DNA of 63,996 nucleotides, counting the filler, from Atractiella rhizophila (taxonomy: Eukaryota): NCBI GenBank assembly GCA_021432655.1. It is 4 parts of 4 records of this genome, joined end to end, with 100 filler letters (N's around TTAATTAATTAA, not from the genome) between each part and the next. Parts side by side here need not be neighbours in the genome. Positions count along the whole stretch, not along the records: positions 60,966 to 63,996 come from MU271911.1; 3 more parts are not named here. One strand, given 5' to 3'. The notes under the pieces were generated by a model. The model saw only the letters and a program-made list of their open reading frames with translations, searched no databases and was not told the origin of the DNA. Numbering within the stretch: the first letter of the stretch is position 1; the number at the start of each line of letters is the position of its first letter. Both the position numbers and the translations under genes were made by a program. Shown in pieces: positions 63,592 to 63,996 of this stretch.

Positions 63592-63996
63592 ATGGACAAA
63601 CTAATGCACCTGGGCTCCTCCCAGCAACAAGAGACCTTTCTTTGCACTATCAAGGTACACTCACTCACTAACATTCCCCTCGTCGCTGGCTCTTTTCGAG
63701 TCCGCTGGAAGTTCCGTTCTCCTGCAAAGGAGAAGCACTTCGAGTCGCTGGACGAGACCAAGGATAAAGACAACGAATCTGGAGCTTCGACCACAGACAA
63801 CTCGGAGGACGAGTCCCATTCCCGTTCGGGGTGGAGGTCGAGGCGACAGACGCACACTGAGGAGGAAGATTCTGAGAAGAGAGGGAAGGTGGGGCAACTC
63901 CTATCGACAGCTTTCAACTCGCACCACCGTGGAGCGTTTTCGGAGAGGAGTAGACCACGGTCCATATCCAACGTGTCCGCTGTGCCTCCCGCTAAT
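63592..63996 (+). CDS. NT-C2 domain (EEIG1/EHBP1-type) protein, 5' fragment
   Basis: MDKLMHLG..FLCTIKVHSLTNIPLVAGSFRVRWKF; frame stays open to the window end. Confidence 0.75.
   Translation, partial: MDKLMHLGSSQQQETFLCTIKVHSLTNIPLVAGSFRVRWKFRSPAKEKHFESLDETKDKDNESGASTTDNSEDESHSRSGWRSRRQTHTEEEDSEKRGKVGQLLSTAFNSHHRGAFSERSRPRSISNVSAVPPAN

Noticed and set aside
1..63996. tRNA, rRNA, CRISPR arrays, intact transposases or reverse transcriptases
   Set aside because: None recognised by eye; most short ORFs in the track are antisense shadows or intron read-through.

Overview
Intron-rich fungal nuclear DNA with mostly 45-60 nt GT-AG introns. Gene content suggests a basidiomycete, which is an inference. 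Three 100-nt N44-TTAATTAATTAA-N44 linkers (23612, 47283, 60866) show that four separate contigs were concatenated, so gene order across them means nothing. Contig 1 (1-23611): acetoacetyl-CoA synthetase head-to-head with a type I Baeyer-Villiger monooxygenase, two APH-type kinases, a tandemly duplicated small Cys-rich protein, a DUF1764 protein and a DHTKD1-like 2-oxoacid dehydrogenase E1. Contig 2 (23712-47282): SNF2 helicase tail, MET30/SCON-2 F-box WD40 sulfur regulator, sphingosine kinase, AreA-like GATA factor, TSR2, a class I aminotransferase and an ALR1-like Mg transporter. Contig 3 (47383-60865): decayed HNH and other pseudogenes, a PLC-like phosphodiesterase and a PH-like protein. Contig 4 (60966-63996): BMS1 3' part and the start of an NT-C2 protein. 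Three signals are the most interesting. (i) The GATA gene has a 560-nt AUG-free, stop-free upstream exon that splices in frame to its AUG, suggesting a non-AUG N-terminal extension. (ii) The 850-nt MET30 intron carries bZIP-type palindromes, nested long-range pairings that cover the branch point, and cryptic poison splice sites. (iii) The DHTKD1-like E1 has His->Gln in the NPSHLE substrate motif. Two ~1.8-kb tandem duplications are probably uncollapsed haplotypes. All calls were made by eye, with no searches run.
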